Of a stretch of 64,000 nucleotides of DNA, positions 40,034 to 49,812 are shown in pieces. The translations under genes were made by a program, and so were the position numbers. Source of the DNA: an uncultured Acidobacteriota bacterium (GTDB lineage Bacteria; Acidobacteriota; Thermoanaerobaculia; UBA5066); NCBI GenBank assembly GCA_963779415.1, contig CAVZYA010000001.1, positions 1,312,001 through 1,376,000 on the forward strand, read 5' to 3'. A model generated the notes under the pieces. The model saw nothing but the letters and a program-made list of their open reading frames with translations. It had not been told where the DNA came from and searched no databases. Each line of letters opens with the position of its first letter. Position 1 is the first letter of the stretch.

Positions 40034-41932
40034 CTAAGGCGAAGGAGGGCCTTTCCTGATCCGGACGACGCCTGCCGTCGTCCGGACGGCGATCTTCGGC
40101 CCGCCCCCCCCGAGCTTCCCCTCGGCACGCTGAAGCGTCTCTCGCTTGACGACGGCCACCTCCGGGAACTGCGACACGATGTAGTCCTCGTCCGAGTCCA
40201 CGCCGGTAACCCGCACGTCCACGTCGCCCCGGTAGTTGGCCGGGAGGACGAGCGTCACGTCGCCTCCACCGGTCGTCACCTCGACGCCCGGCCGGACGGC
40301 GGAGACGATCTCGCAGAGGACCGATCCGCCGGAAGTCTGCGCCACCACGGGACCGCGGGTCTTTCGGAGCGTGATGTCTCCGGCCGTCGTCCGGGCAATG
40401 ACGGCGCCAGCGCACGACTTGACGACGACGTCGCCTCCCGACGTCTCGAGACGGGCGTCCCCGGAGACGTTTCCGGCTCGGACGTCTCCCGCGGCGGTCG
40501 TCGCCACGAGGTCCCCCGTGACGGCGTCCACTGTGATGTCGCCTCCGCCGGTCGAAAGCTCGGCCCCCTTGCCGGCCGAGACGACATGAATCTCTCCAAG
40601 GCTCGCGGAGACCCTGACCCTTCCGGCCACCCGCCCGAGCGAGACGCCACCTTCCAGGTCGGCCGCGACGAAATCGCCGGGGAGATCGCCGCGGACGAGC
40701 GTCCGGCCGAACTCCGGGGGCTCGGGCGGCACCGGGGCCCGAGCGAGGCGCGGCATCGGCGGAGGAGGAGACGCGGGAGGCGGCATCGGCGGAGGAGGGG
40801 ACACGGGACCAGGAGGTGCCGGCGGCGCGATCCCTTCCGCGATCCGCGGCGTCCGGAAGACGAGGAGGGGCCTGGCCTGCGCCTCCGTGCTCCCCTCGGA
40901 GAGAAGGACGATTCGCCCGCTCAGGTTGGACATCCGGATCACGGCCCCGCCCCCCCCGACCGTCCCTCCGACCGAGCGATGCAGGTTCATCGACACCTCG
41001 CGGGCGATCTCCGTGGAGAGCCGCGCCATTTCGTGGCTCATCTGGGCGATCTCCCGGTTCAGCTCCGAGAGATCCTCGTTCAGCGACTCGATCCGGATCG
41101 CCTCGCGCGCGTGCCGTTCGGCGGCCTCGGCGTGCTCCCGCTCGACGCGGGCGGCCTCCGCGCGCGGAGCCGGGGGTGCGGGGGTCGTCGCCGGGAACGG
41201 GAAGGTGGAGAGAATCTCCCCGCTCATCGTCCGCCCGTCGAACCGGAAACCGGCCGACGCGGGGAGGCGGAGGAGGAGGTTGCCGCTGACCGACTGAAGG
41301 CTCAGCCTCGCGTCCTTCGCGAGGTCGGCAGCCGACGCGTCGATGCTCCCGTTCACCGTCTCGAGCTTCAGGTTCCCGCGCGCGCCGGAGACCTCGATCT
41401 TTCCGTTCACCGTCGAGAGCTTCAGGTCCGCGGTGATTCCCTTCACGACGACGCGCCCCGAGACGGACGAGACGCTCACGGGAACCCCCGCGGGGAGCGT
41501 CACGACGTACCGGGCCTCGACGCGCCCTGGTTGCTCGTCCCGCACCCGGACCTTCCAGCCCCCTCCGGGAAGGTGCCGGGCCTTCGATCCCGCGGCTTCC
41601 GTCACGAGCGTGAGAGCCCCGTCCTCGTTCACGAGACGGCTCGTCGTCTCGTCGAGGATCCGGCGCGCTTCGCGCTCGCTCGGGGCGCGCGCCGCGAGAT
41701 CGACGGTCGCGTGGAAGGAAGGCCCCGCCGTGATCTCCACGCTCCCGAAGAGATTCTCGACCGCGAGAGAGCGGAGGGCGCCGGAGGCGTTGAACTCCTG
41801 CCGGCGCGTCGCGGTGGCGGACCCCTCGTCCGCGTCCGCCATGAGCGCCGCGGCGAACGACAGGAGAAGGAAGCCCGCGATCAGCGCCGCCCAGAGGAGG
41901 GAAAGGCGTGGGGCGATGTCGTGGCGTTTCAT
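40034..41932 (-). CDS. Secreted DUF4097 (adhesin-like beta-solenoid) protein, two repeat domains with coiled-coil/Pro linker
   Basis: Repeated T..G.I motifs (STVNG, TGGGD). Confidence 0.8.
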   Translation of the reverse strand: MKRHDIAPRLSLLWAALIAGFLLLSFAAALMADADEGSATATRRQEFNASGALRSLAVENLFGSVEITAGPSFHATVDLAARAPSEREARRILDETTSRLVNEDGALTLVTEAAGSKARHLPGGGWKVRVRDEQPGRVEARYVVTLPAGVPVSVSSVSGRVVVKGITADLKLSTVNGKIEVSGARGNLKLETVNGSIDASAADLAKDARLSLQSVSGNLLLRLPASAGFRFDGRTMSGEILSTFPFPATTPAPPAPRAEAARVEREHAEAAERHAREAIRIESLNEDLSELNREIAQMSHEMARLSTEIAREVSMNLHRSVGGTVGGGGAVIRMSNLSGRIVLLSEGSTEAQARPLLVFRTPRIAEGIAPPAPPGPVSPPPPMPPPASPPPPMPRLARAPVPPEPPEFGRTLVRGDLPGDFVAADLEGGVSLGRVAGRVRVSASLGEIHVVSAGKGAELSTGGGDITVDAVTGDLVATTAAGDVRAGNVSGDARLETSGGDVVVKSCAGAVIARTTAGDITLRKTRGPVVAQTSGGSVLCEIVSAVRPGVEVTTGGGDVTLVLPANYRGDVDVRVTGVDSDEDYIVSQFPEVAVVKRETLQRAEGKLGGGGPKIAVRTTAGVVRIRKGPPSP

Positions 41933-41941
41933 GTCCCTAGT

Positions 41942-41966
41942 GACGCGCCGGAGCGTGGAAGGTCAC
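41942..41966 (-). promoter_or_regulatory. ECF promoter GTGACC-N15-CGTC
   Basis: 9 nt upstream of the ATG at 41932; same architecture as 43568 and 44402. Confidence 0.7.
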
Positions 41967-41970
41967 GGCG

Positions 41971-42975
41971 CTACATCTCCATCTTCGAGAGAAACTTCGC
42001 GGCCTGGACTCGGACAAAGCCGTTCTCCCGCTCGTCGACGGCGCGGGCGCGCAGGGCGTCGAGCGCGGCCGGGTCCTTCAGCGCCGCCGCCGCCCGGGCC
42101 AGCCCCTCGACGGCCCGCATCCGGACGGCGGGGTTCTCGTCGGTCCGGAGGACGGCCACGAGCGCGTCGCGCGTCCCGGCGGTCGGCGGGAGCTGCGCGA
42201 GCGCCTCGACGGCCTTCTTCCGGACGCCCGGATTCCGGTCGTGCCGCGCCGACTCGGCGAGGGCCGCCACGATCTCCGGTGAGGGGGCCGCCGGCCCCTT
42301 CGAGACCTCGGAGACCATCTCGATCGCGCGCCCGCGCGCTCCCGCGGTATCGGACGCGCCCGACATCAGATAGACGAGGAGGTCGGCGATTCCCTTCTGA
42401 TCCGGGCGGCCGGTGACCGTGTAACGGGTCGTCACGTCGAACGCGACGCCCACCTTCCCGGCGGCGTCGGCGGGATGGAATGCGACATTCGCGAGGCGCG
42501 GCCGGTTCGAGAGATCGGGAACGGCCTGGGAGACGTCCACTGTCCGGTGCGACACGACGGGGATCGTTTCGGTGCCGGCACCCGCCGCCGGCAAGGCGGC
42601 CGGTCCGTAGCGGGCGAGAACCCATCCTCCCGCGGCCGCAAGAAGAAACGTCGCGGCCTGAAGCAGCGGGCGGACGCCGCGCGGGCGCGCCGGGCGGATC
42701 GGGACGACCGGAACGGGGGGCGGGGCCGAAGCGGCACGGCGTCTCACCTCGGCCTCGAGCAGGGCCTCGGTCCGTGCCCCGAACCAGGGCGAGGGCTCGG
42801 CGCCGGCGTCGGCTCCGAGCCGGTCCCACGTCGCCGAAAGCCGGCGCTCCTCCGCGTGACAGGCGGAGCAGGATGAGAGGTGGTCGGAGAGCCAGGCGGC
42901 CTCGGCCTCCGGCAGCTCGCCGGAGAGGCGGAGGATGGCGGCCTCACGGGTTCTTACGGCGTCGCGGCAGTCCAT
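41971..42975 (-). CDS. Anti-sigma factor (zf-HC2, TM, HEAT repeats)
   Basis: HLSSCSAC; D.NPGVR.KAVEAL and D.NPAVR..A HEAT repeats. Confidence 0.85.
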   Translation of the reverse strand: MDCRDAVRTREAAILRLSGELPEAEAAWLSDHLSSCSACHAEERRLSATWDRLGADAGAEPSPWFGARTEALLEAEVRRRAASAPPPVPVVPIRPARPRGVRPLLQAATFLLAAAGGWVLARYGPAALPAAGAGTETIPVVSHRTVDVSQAVPDLSNRPRLANVAFHPADAAGKVGVAFDVTTRYTVTGRPDQKGIADLLVYLMSGASDTAGARGRAIEMVSEVSKGPAAPSPEIVAALAESARHDRNPGVRKKAVEALAQLPPTAGTRDALVAVLRTDENPAVRMRAVEGLARAAAALKDPAALDALRARAVDERENGFVRVQAAKFLSKMEM

Positions 42976-43556
42976 GACGAGTCTCCCTCGGAAAAGACTT
43001 CCCTGAGCTTTTCCATAGCCCGGAAGATCCGGGTCTTCACCGCCCCTTCGCTGATCTCGAGGGTGCGGGCGATCTCGACGTAAGGCATCCCGTGAAAGCG
43101 GGCGAGGACGAGCGCCTCGCGCTGCTCGTCGGAAAGGGCGGCGAGGGCGCGCCGGACGAGAAGGCGCCGCTCGCTCTCGACGAGGACGCGGTCCGGGGTC
43201 GGACCGGGCGCCGCCGGCTCGGCCACCGATTCCAGAGGGACGGAGCTCCGGCGCCCGGCCCTTCGGAGGCGGTCGCGGCATGCGTTCGCCGCGATGGCGA
43301 AGAGCCACGAGGCGACGGGGGCCCGTCCGTCGTACTGCTCCACCCGGACTATCGCTTTCAGGAAGACCTCCTGCGTCACGTCCTCGGCTTCGGCCCGGCT
43401 CCCGAGAAGGCGGTCCGCGTAGCGGAGAATGGCTTCCGAGTAGCGGCGGAAAAGCTCCGTCGCCCCCTCCGGCTCTCCCCTCCGGACCCTCTCCAGCGAC
43501 GACCGGTCCTGGTCCGAGTCCAACCGCCCCTCCCTCGCCGGCCGGGCCGATGACAT
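42954..43556 (-). CDS. ECF sigma-70 factor (SigW-like)
   Basis: AEDVTQEVF, SWLFAIA.N, EIA..L..SEG.VKTRIFRA. Confidence 0.92.
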   Translation of the reverse strand: MSSARPAREGRLDSDQDRSSLERVRRGEPEGATELFRRYSEAILRYADRLLGSRAEAEDVTQEVFLKAIVRVEQYDGRAPVASWLFAIAANACRDRLRRAGRRSSVPLESVAEPAAPGPTPDRVLVESERRLLVRRALAALSDEQREALVLARFHGMPYVEIARTLEISEGAVKTRIFRAMEKLREVFSEGDSSWTAATP

Positions 43557-43567
43557 GGCTTCCGGGA

Positions 43568-43592
43568 GACGTCCTTCCGTTGAAAAGGTTAC
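43568..43592 (-). promoter_or_regulatory. ECF promoter GTAACC-N15-CGTC (likely autoregulatory)
   Basis: Directly upstream of the sigma ATG. Confidence 0.75.
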
Positions 43593-43600
43593 GCGCCTCC

Positions 43601-44392
43601 TCAGCGGGCCACGACCTTCAAAGTCCCCTTGTAGGTGGAGAGCGCGAGCTTCGGTCCCCCGCCATTCAGGGTGGCGCTCATCCGCCGGCCCGACCGCGTC
43701 TGAACGCCGAAGTCGGACCGGAAGTCACCCCGCCGGCCGGTGTCCGCGTCGATCTCGAACGCCGCCGTCCTGGGGAGTGAGACCTCGATCTCCCCCTTGT
43801 ACGTCTCGAATCGGCTGTCCGAGCGGAGCTTCGCGAGGGCGACCGATGCATCCCCCTTGTAGGTCTCGAGACGGATCGAGCCGTCGAGATCCCGGACGAT
43901 CATCGTTCCCTTGTAGGAGTTGATCCGGAGGTCACCGGAGAGGCCGGCTACCGTCACCTTCGACTTGTAGTCCTTCACCTCGAGGTCGGCCGCTTTCGGC
44001 ATCCGGATCCGGTAGTCGACGAACGGCCGGGCCGTGCAGGACCCGAAGAACCACGTGTGGAACGACGAGAGAGAGTCGTAGTCCGACTCGATCCGGACCG
44101 TCTTCCCGTGGGCCTCGATCCGGATCTGCGTCTCTTCGACCCATTCGGCCTGAGACTTCGAGTCGCCGCAGTCGGTGTCGGCGGTGACTCGCGCCTCGAC
44201 CAGGACGTCGGGTCTCTCCTCGGCCGTCACCTCGACCGAGCCCTTGTACGTTTCGATATCGACCCGCCCTCCGGCCGGGAACGGAAGCGTCTTTCGAACC
44301 TCCTTCGACGGCTCGGCGGCCGGCGCCGGGAACGTCAGGACGAGACCCGCGAGCAGAAGGAAGGGAAAGAGAAAGCGGCGGCTTCGGCTCAT
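43601..44392 (-). CDS. Secreted DUF4097 protein
   Basis: Signal peptide; TYKG/SYKG repeats. Confidence 0.8.
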   Translation of the reverse strand: MSRSRRFLFPFLLLAGLVLTFPAPAAEPSKEVRKTLPFPAGGRVDIETYKGSVEVTAEERPDVLVEARVTADTDCGDSKSQAEWVEETQIRIEAHGKTVRIESDYDSLSSFHTWFFGSCTARPFVDYRIRMPKAADLEVKDYKSKVTVAGLSGDLRINSYKGTMIVRDLDGSIRLETYKGDASVALAKLRSDSRFETYKGEIEVSLPRTAAFEIDADTGRRGDFRSDFGVQTRSGRRMSATLNGGGPKLALSTYKGTLKVVAR

Positions 44393-44401
44393 GCCAATGA
44401 G

Positions 44402-44426
44402 AACGAAGAAACGGCCCAAAGGTTTC
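44402..44426 (-). promoter_or_regulatory. ECF promoter GAAACC-N15-CGTT
   Basis: 9 nt upstream of the ATG at 44392. Confidence 0.7.
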
Positions 44427-45738
44427 AGCCCTGGAAGATGAACTTCCGCTCCCGGGCCGACGCGAGGAGCTCCGCGCGGAAATCGGGGTGGGCGATGTCG
44501 ATGAGGGCCATCGAGCGCTGCCGGATGTTCTTTCCCCAGAGGTCCGCCACGCCGTATTCCGTCACGACGTAGCGGATGTCTCCGCGGCTCGTCACGACGC
44601 CGGCCCCTTCCTCGAGGACCGCGCAGATCCGGCTCACCTTCCCGTCCTTGGCCGACGACGGGAGGGCGATGATGGGCCGCCCCCCGTTGCTCCGCGCCGT
44701 GCCGCGGATGAAGTCGACCTGCCCGCCGATCCCCGAGAAGAAGCGGCCGCCGATGGTGTCGGCCGCGACCTGACCGGTCAGGTCGACGGCGAGAGCCGAG
44801 TTGATGGCCACCATGTGGTCGTTCCGGGCGATCTGGAACGGGTCGTTCGTGAAGCTCGAAGGGCGCATCTCGAGGGCCGGATTGTCGTGGACCCACTCGT
44901 AGAGCTTCTCAGACCCCATCAGGAACGACGTGACCATCTTGCCCGGCAGAAGCGTCTTCTTCTTCCCCGTGATGACGCCCGCCTGCCACAGGCGCATGAC
45001 GCCGTCCGAGAGCATCTCGGTATGGATGCCGAGGTCCCGCCGGCTGCCGAGGCACGCGAGGACGGCGTCGGGAATCCGGCCGATCCCCATCTGCAGCGTC
45101 GCGCCGTCGCCGATGAGGCCCGCCACGTGGAGGCCGATCTGCCGGCAGACGTCGTCGATCGGCTCGACCGGGAGCTCCGGCAGCGCGTAGTCCACCGGGA
45201 CGAGGTGGGCGATCTTCTCGACGTGGATGAACGAGTCGCCGTGCGTCCGCGGCATCCGCGGGTTCACCTCGGCGAGGATCAGCCCCGCGGAGTCGACCGC
45301 GGCCCGGACGATGTCGACCGAGACCCCGAGGCTCACGAAACCGTGCCGGTCGGGCGGGCTGACCTGTATCAGGGCGACGTCCACGGCGACTCGCCCGCTC
45401 GAGATGACGAGCGGGATCTCCGAGAGGAAGACGGGCATGAAGTCCGCCCGCCCCTCCTGGACGGCCTGCCGGACGTTCGCCCCGATGAAGAACGCGGTGT
45501 GCCGGAAGCGCTCCTGGAGGCCGGGGGCGACGTAGGGCGCCGGCCCCAGCGTCAGGAGATGGACGATCTCGTTCCCGAAGAGGTGGGTGCCGTGCTCGAC
45601 CATCGCCTCGACGAGCCGGGCGGGCTCGGCCGCGCCGGAGCCGATCAGGATCCGCCGGCCGGGCGGAATGGCGCGGATCGCCTCTTCGGGCGTCGAGACC
45701 TTCCAGCTGTAACGGGTCTGCCAGTCGTTCTCGCTCAT
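44425..45738 (-). CDS. Acetyl-CoA hydrolase/transferase (4-hydroxybutyrate CoA-transferase-like)
   Basis: LQMGIG.IP, HTEM, DLTGQV, SGIGGQVDF.RG, VTEYG.A. Confidence 0.93.
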   Translation of the reverse strand: MSENDWQTRYSWKVSTPEEAIRAIPPGRRILIGSGAAEPARLVEAMVEHGTHLFGNEIVHLLTLGPAPYVAPGLQERFRHTAFFIGANVRQAVQEGRADFMPVFLSEIPLVISSGRVAVDVALIQVSPPDRHGFVSLGVSVDIVRAAVDSAGLILAEVNPRMPRTHGDSFIHVEKIAHLVPVDYALPELPVEPIDDVCRQIGLHVAGLIGDGATLQMGIGRIPDAVLACLGSRRDLGIHTEMLSDGVMRLWQAGVITGKKKTLLPGKMVTSFLMGSEKLYEWVHDNPALEMRPSSFTNDPFQIARNDHMVAINSALAVDLTGQVAADTIGGRFFSGIGGQVDFIRGTARSNGGRPIIALPSSAKDGKVSRICAVLEEGAGVVTSRGDIRYVVTEYGVADLWGKNIRQRSMALIDIAHPDFRAELLASARERKFIFQG

Positions 45739-45841
45739 AGCATTCCCATTATTGGACGTTGCAGAATTCCGCGCGATGGTTCCTTTGCATCCCTCCGCTT
45801 CCCGGAACCGTAAGATCCTTCCGACGAGGAGCTTCACGCCG

Positions 45842-46972
45842 ATGACGTCCTCCTTCCGCGTGGCCCGGGTCGCCGGCATCGAAATCCGGGTGCACGTCAC
45901 CTTCGGATTCATCCTCCTGATCGGCGCCCTCCAGTGGGGGATCCCGCACGGAGCGGCCGGCGCCCTCTTCGGCGCCCTCCTGATGATTCTTCTCTTCGGC
46001 TGCGTCGTCCTCCACGAGCTGGGCCATTCGCTCGTCGCCCGCGCCTTCGGGATCGGCGTCCACGACATCACGCTCTACCCGATCGGCGGCATCGCGCGGA
46101 TGGAGCGGAATCCCGACAAGCCGCTGGACGAGTTCCTCATCGCCGCGGCCGGCCCCCTCGTGAACCTCGTCCTCGCCCTCATCCTCTGGGGCGTCACGGG
46201 AGTCGCCTCCTCGCTCGGAAAGCTGGACGCGGCGGCCGCCCTGAAGAACCTCGCGCCGGGACCCGAAACGGCCCTCGTCTGGCTCCTCCTCTCGAACCTC
46301 TTCCTCGCCCTCTTCAATCTGATCCCGGCCTTCCCGATGGACGGTGGCCGGATGCTCCGCGCCGTTCTCACGAAGATCTACGGGTTCCAGGAGGCGACCC
46401 GCATGGCCGCGGGCATCGGCCAGTTCCTCGCGATGGGGCTCGGCCTCTTCGGCGTCCTCTCCGGGAACTTCCTCCTCGCCCTCGTCGCCCTCTTCATCTT
46501 CATGGGGGCGTCGCAGGAGCGGGCCGCGGAGCGGGCGCGGGTCGTCCTCGGGACTCTGAAGGTCGGGGACGCCTACAACAAGAACGCCATCACCCTCGCC
46601 CCCGGCACGTACGTGAGCCAGGTCGTGGACCACATCCTGACGAGCTACCAGCCCGACTTCGCCGTGATGCAGGGGTCGGCGCTCCTCGGCGTCGTCACCC
46701 GCGACGACATCCTGAAGAACCTCGCGACCGAGCTGGGCGACGCGTGGGTGACGGGGATCATGAAGCGCGACGTCCCGAAGGTCGACGCGGGGCTGACCCT
46801 CGAGGAGGTCCGCGAGCAGCTCGCGGAGGCCGGGCAGCGCGTCGCCGCCGTCTACCGCGGGGAGACGTACCTCGGTCTCGTCTCGGCAGAGGACATCGCC
46901 GAGGCGCTCCTCGTCGTCGGCTTCCGGGCCGCCCACGACGCCCGCCGCGCCGCCGCCGAGCGGACGGAGTGA
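45842..46972 (+). CDS. Site-2 protease (M50) with CBS domains
   Basis: HELGH, AGP.VN, NLIPAFPMDGGR. Confidence 0.93.
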   Translation: MTSSFRVARVAGIEIRVHVTFGFILLIGALQWGIPHGAAGALFGALLMILLFGCVVLHELGHSLVARAFGIGVHDITLYPIGGIARMERNPDKPLDEFLIAAAGPLVNLVLALILWGVTGVASSLGKLDAAAALKNLAPGPETALVWLLLSNLFLALFNLIPAFPMDGGRMLRAVLTKIYGFQEATRMAAGIGQFLAMGLGLFGVLSGNFLLALVALFIFMGASQERAAERARVVLGTLKVGDAYNKNAITLAPGTYVSQVVDHILTSYQPDFAVMQGSALLGVVTRDDILKNLATELGDAWVTGIMKRDVPKVDAGLTLEEVREQLAEAGQRVAAVYRGETYLGLVSAEDIAEALLVVGFRAAHDARRAAAERTE

Positions 46973-47297
46973 CTTCCCCGCCAAGCCTCCGCCGTCTCCG
47001 GAACCCGCGCGACCGCGACGAGGTCCGGCGCCGCTTTCGCGCGTGGCTCGCATCGAACGAGCTGAACGCCCAGCGGAACGGGACGGGTCCTTCCCCCCGG
47101 CCGAGATTGTCTGGCTTTCCCGGGTCCTCGCCGGCGGGACCCTTCGTCCCCTCTTCCGCGAGGTCGGCCCCGACTCGCCTCCCCTGCTCGGCAGCCCGGA
47201 GGCCCAGCCTCTCACCGACTACTGCTTCCGCCTGAACAGGACGAAGCCCGGAAACGACGCCTTCCTCGGCGACTGCGCCTGCGGCGCGGCCCGTTGA
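46969..47297 (+). CDS. Small hypothetical protein, probably frameshifted near 47087
   Basis: GTGA coupling to the protease; LRRLRNPRDRDEV...NGTG continues as SFPPAEIVW...CACG in the adjacent frame. Confidence 0.5.
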
Positions 47298-47497
47298 CGG
47301 CCCGGCCCGCCCTCCCTCCCCACGCGCTCGGACGGTCGTCTTCGATGACGAGGCCCTAGAGCTCCGGCTGAACGAGCGCATACGTCCACGACAGACGGCG
47401 AAAAAGTCCCTGCAAATAGATACCTTGAAGTCTCTACCTGCAGTAACTTCTGCTCCGTAGATCGAAAAAGCCTCTATTCGCAGTGACCTCCAACGCC

Positions 47498-47515
47498 GTC
47501 TAATATGGGTTAGGC
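47498..47515 (+). other. attI-like simple site (or collapsed attC)
   Basis: GTCTAAT-ATGG-GTTAGGC, resembling attI1 CCCTAAA-ACAAA-GTTRRRY, at the start of the first cassette. Confidence 0.5.
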
Positions 47516-47561
47516 CGCAGAAGAAACATTCCTCTCACCACCACCGCGAATAGGAGGTCAC

Positions 47562-47948
47562 ATGAAACGAGTCACTGGCATCGGCGGCATCTTCTTCAAG
47601 GCCAAAGACGCTCCATCACTGCAGGCTTGGTACAAGCGGCACCTGGGAATCGATGTCCAAGTCTGGGGCGGAGCTGCCTTCGATTGGACCGACGCCGAGG
47701 GCAAGCCGGTTGCAGGCACAACTGCCTGGTGCATCGATCCGCAAGGGAGTGATCACTTTGCTCCGACCTCTGCTCCCTTCATGGTCAACTACCGAGTGGA
47801 AGACCTCCACGCCTTGGTCAAGGTCTTGAAGGAAGAAGGCTGCAAAGTGCTCGAGAAGATTGACGAATCCGAGTATGGGAAGTTTGCCTGGGTCATTGAT
47901 CCAGAGGGAAACAAGGTCGAGCTATGGCAGCCGCCTCAAGGCCAATGA
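47562..47948 (+). CDS. VOC/glyoxalase family protein (cassette 1)
   Basis: RVTGIGGIFF, NYRV.DL, YGKF.W..DPEGN.VELW. Confidence 0.92.
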   Translation: MKRVTGIGGIFFKAKDAPSLQAWYKRHLGIDVQVWGGAAFDWTDAEGKPVAGTTAWCIDPQGSDHFAPTSAPFMVNYRVEDLHALVKVLKEEGCKVLEKIDESEYGKFAWVIDPEGNKVELWQPPQGQ

Positions 47949-47979
47949 GCAGGCCCGTTAGTCACGGCTGCGAACTGCG

Positions 47980-48058
47980 GCCCAACACCTTTTCAGCGGA
48001 CTCGGCATCCGTTGGCGGCGCTCCTTCCTTCTCTCCGCTGAACGCGATATCGCTAGCC
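47980..48058 (+). other. attC site 1
   Basis: GCCCAAC...TTCAGCGG...CCGCTGAA...GCTAGCC; CTGCGGCCCAAC matches the reverse complement of cassette start GTTAGGCCGCAG at 11/12. Confidence 0.88.
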
Positions 48059-48110
48059 GGCCAGATGCTGACAAGCCGCGGTTCCTCGGAGAAACCTAAA
48101 GGAGGCAACG

Positions 48111-48503
48111 ATGACCACCAGCCGGCTTCTGTTCGTTCCGGTCTTTGTCGCCTTGGTGGCGCCGGTATCGGCGCAGGCGCCGACGCAGACGAAAGGCTTC
48201 ACGGAGAAGCTACTTGCCACAGTCGACCTTGGACCCGAGATCGAAGGCATGGCGGGGCGGCAGCTTCGGATGCGCCTGATAACGATCGAACCTGGAGGCG
48301 CCACTGTGATTCACAGCCATAAGGACAGGCCCGACACAGTTTACATCCTGCAGGGCAAGATCACCGATCATCGGGATGACGTCGCCACGGAGTATGGTCC
48401 AGGGGTCGGCTGGCCCGAGGACAACGCCACCACGCACTGGATCCAGAACGCGGGAACGATGCCGGCCGTGGAGATCTCGGTCGACATATTCAAGAAGCCG
48501 TAG
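48111..48503 (+). CDS. Secreted cupin-domain protein (cassette)
   Basis: Signal peptide; EPGG....HSH.DRP...YIL.G, HW..N.G. Confidence 0.85.
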   Translation: MTTSRLLFVPVFVALVAPVSAQAPTQTKGFTEKLLATVDLGPEIEGMAGRQLRMRLITIEPGGATVIHSHKDRPDTVYILQGKITDHRDDVATEYGPGVGWPEDNATTHWIQNAGTMPAVEISVDIFKKP

Positions 48504-48523
48504 CCTGAGGACCCGATATTCCG

Positions 48524-48583
48524 CCGCAACCACGCGTTGCGGCGGACTCGCTACGCTCACCGCTGAACGCGATATCCTTAGGC
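48524..48583 (+). other. attC site 2
   Basis: CCGCAAC-cacgc-gttgcggcggactcgctacgctcaccgctgaacgcgatatc-CTTAGGC. Confidence 0.85.
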
Positions 48584-48602
48584 GGCTCAGAGTACTAATG
48601 CG

Positions 48603-49055
48603 ATGGCCGACCTCAGCCAGGCCGGCCCCGCGGTCCAAACTTTTGTTGACGGCTGCCCTAGCGGTGGAGTATTCATGAGTCTCTTCGCCATGACTCGAGT
48701 CGGTCGGGTGGCATTAGACGCCGCTAATCGAACCCTCTCGCCGCCCCCCAACGCGTCGTCTCAGGAGGTTCGGAAGAACGGCCTGTTCTGCCTAGCTATC
48801 GGTATCGCGTGCTTTGCGCTCGGGGCTCTAGGAATGACCCTGAATCGGGACTGGATTGCCCTCGCAGAAATCCCTGCAATAGCCGGATACGCGTTCTTGA
48901 TCGTCGGCGGATACCGTGCGGTGTTTGGGAGAAGCCCTCGAGCCTCTTCGCCAGGCGAACTGTCTCTTCACAGGGCCAAATTCGCAGTCGTCTTCATCGT
49001 GCTTACGGTCGGAGCCTTCGTGATCCTGATGCTCACTATCGATGGTGTCATCTGA
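48603..49055 (+). CDS. Hypothetical membrane protein (cassette; start may be 48675)
   Basis: Three hydrophobic segments. Confidence 0.6.
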   Translation: MADLSQAGPAVQTFVDGCPSGGVFMSLFAMTRVGRVALDAANRTLSPPPNASSQEVRKNGLFCLAIGIACFALGALGMTLNRDWIALAEIPAIAGYAFLIVGGYRAVFGRSPRASSPGELSLHRAKFAVVFIVLTVGAFVILMLTIDGVI

Positions 49056-49115
49056 CACCGTGGGGACGAGTCCCCGGGGCGGCGCTGGCTCGTCGGTAGA
49101 GAAAGGGGGGCCCTA

Positions 49116-49793
49116 ATGGGTGTCGAATACCGCCACTTTCTCGTAGCGGCCGAGCCAACCTGGCTTCCTCAGGCTGACACGCTTCCCAAGGTCGATGCGC
49201 TGCTCCGGAGATGGGCGCTCGTGACCAACGAGCCGCAGATCTATGACCTCACGGGCGGCAGAAAGAACCCGGTCGCCTCGTTTCCATCGACCGGTCCGGG
49301 TCCCGGTATCGCCGTCGTTTACCCAATGGTTCAGGGGCCAGTCGTGCCTACTCTCTTCGGCCCGTCCTATTACAAGGAAGACGTTGCTCCAGACGACCGG
49401 TATATTCAGGGACTCACGGTCGTCGTGGGTGCCGACTACCGTGTTCATTGGAGCAGCGAGGGCATCTGCTTCACCGTGGTCGAACCACCACGAGAGGCAG
49501 GCAGGGACGTCGAGCCCTACCATGCAGATCAACACCTCTACCTCTACTCTGAGTCGTACCCCGCAACGCCCGGTACCACGCCTCCCACGGTCAAGGTTGA
49601 AGTCGATCCCAGAGCGCACGGCAACGTAGCTTGGAAGACTACTCAGGGGTGTGGCGCGGCGCTATCGTTTTCGCCTGCGGCAAGGATATACCGGCCTCAT
49701 CGAGGGGCCTCATGCTCTCGCGTCCAGCTATTCGTAGCCGACGTCTGCCAAGCACTCGGCTCTCGTCTTCTCGAAGTCGGTGAAATATATTGA
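49116..49793 (+). CDS. Hypothetical protein (cassette), possibly with compensating frameshifts at about 49635-49725
   Basis: Globular composition; the alternative frame there reads DYSGVWRGAIVFACGKDIP. Confidence 0.65.
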   Translation: MGVEYRHFLVAAEPTWLPQADTLPKVDALLRRWALVTNEPQIYDLTGGRKNPVASFPSTGPGPGIAVVYPMVQGPVVPTLFGPSYYKEDVAPDDRYIQGLTVVVGADYRVHWSSEGICFTVVEPPREAGRDVEPYHADQHLYLYSESYPATPGTTPPTVKVEVDPRAHGNVAWKTTQGCGAALSFSPAARIYRPHRGASCSRVQLFVADVCQALGSRLLEVGEIY

Positions 49794-49812
49794 GCGGTCC
49801 GGGACCGGTGCC

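Noticed and set aside
46758-47500. Integron integrase upstream of the array
   Set aside because: No frame on either strand shows tyrosine-recombinase motifs, and the space is too short.
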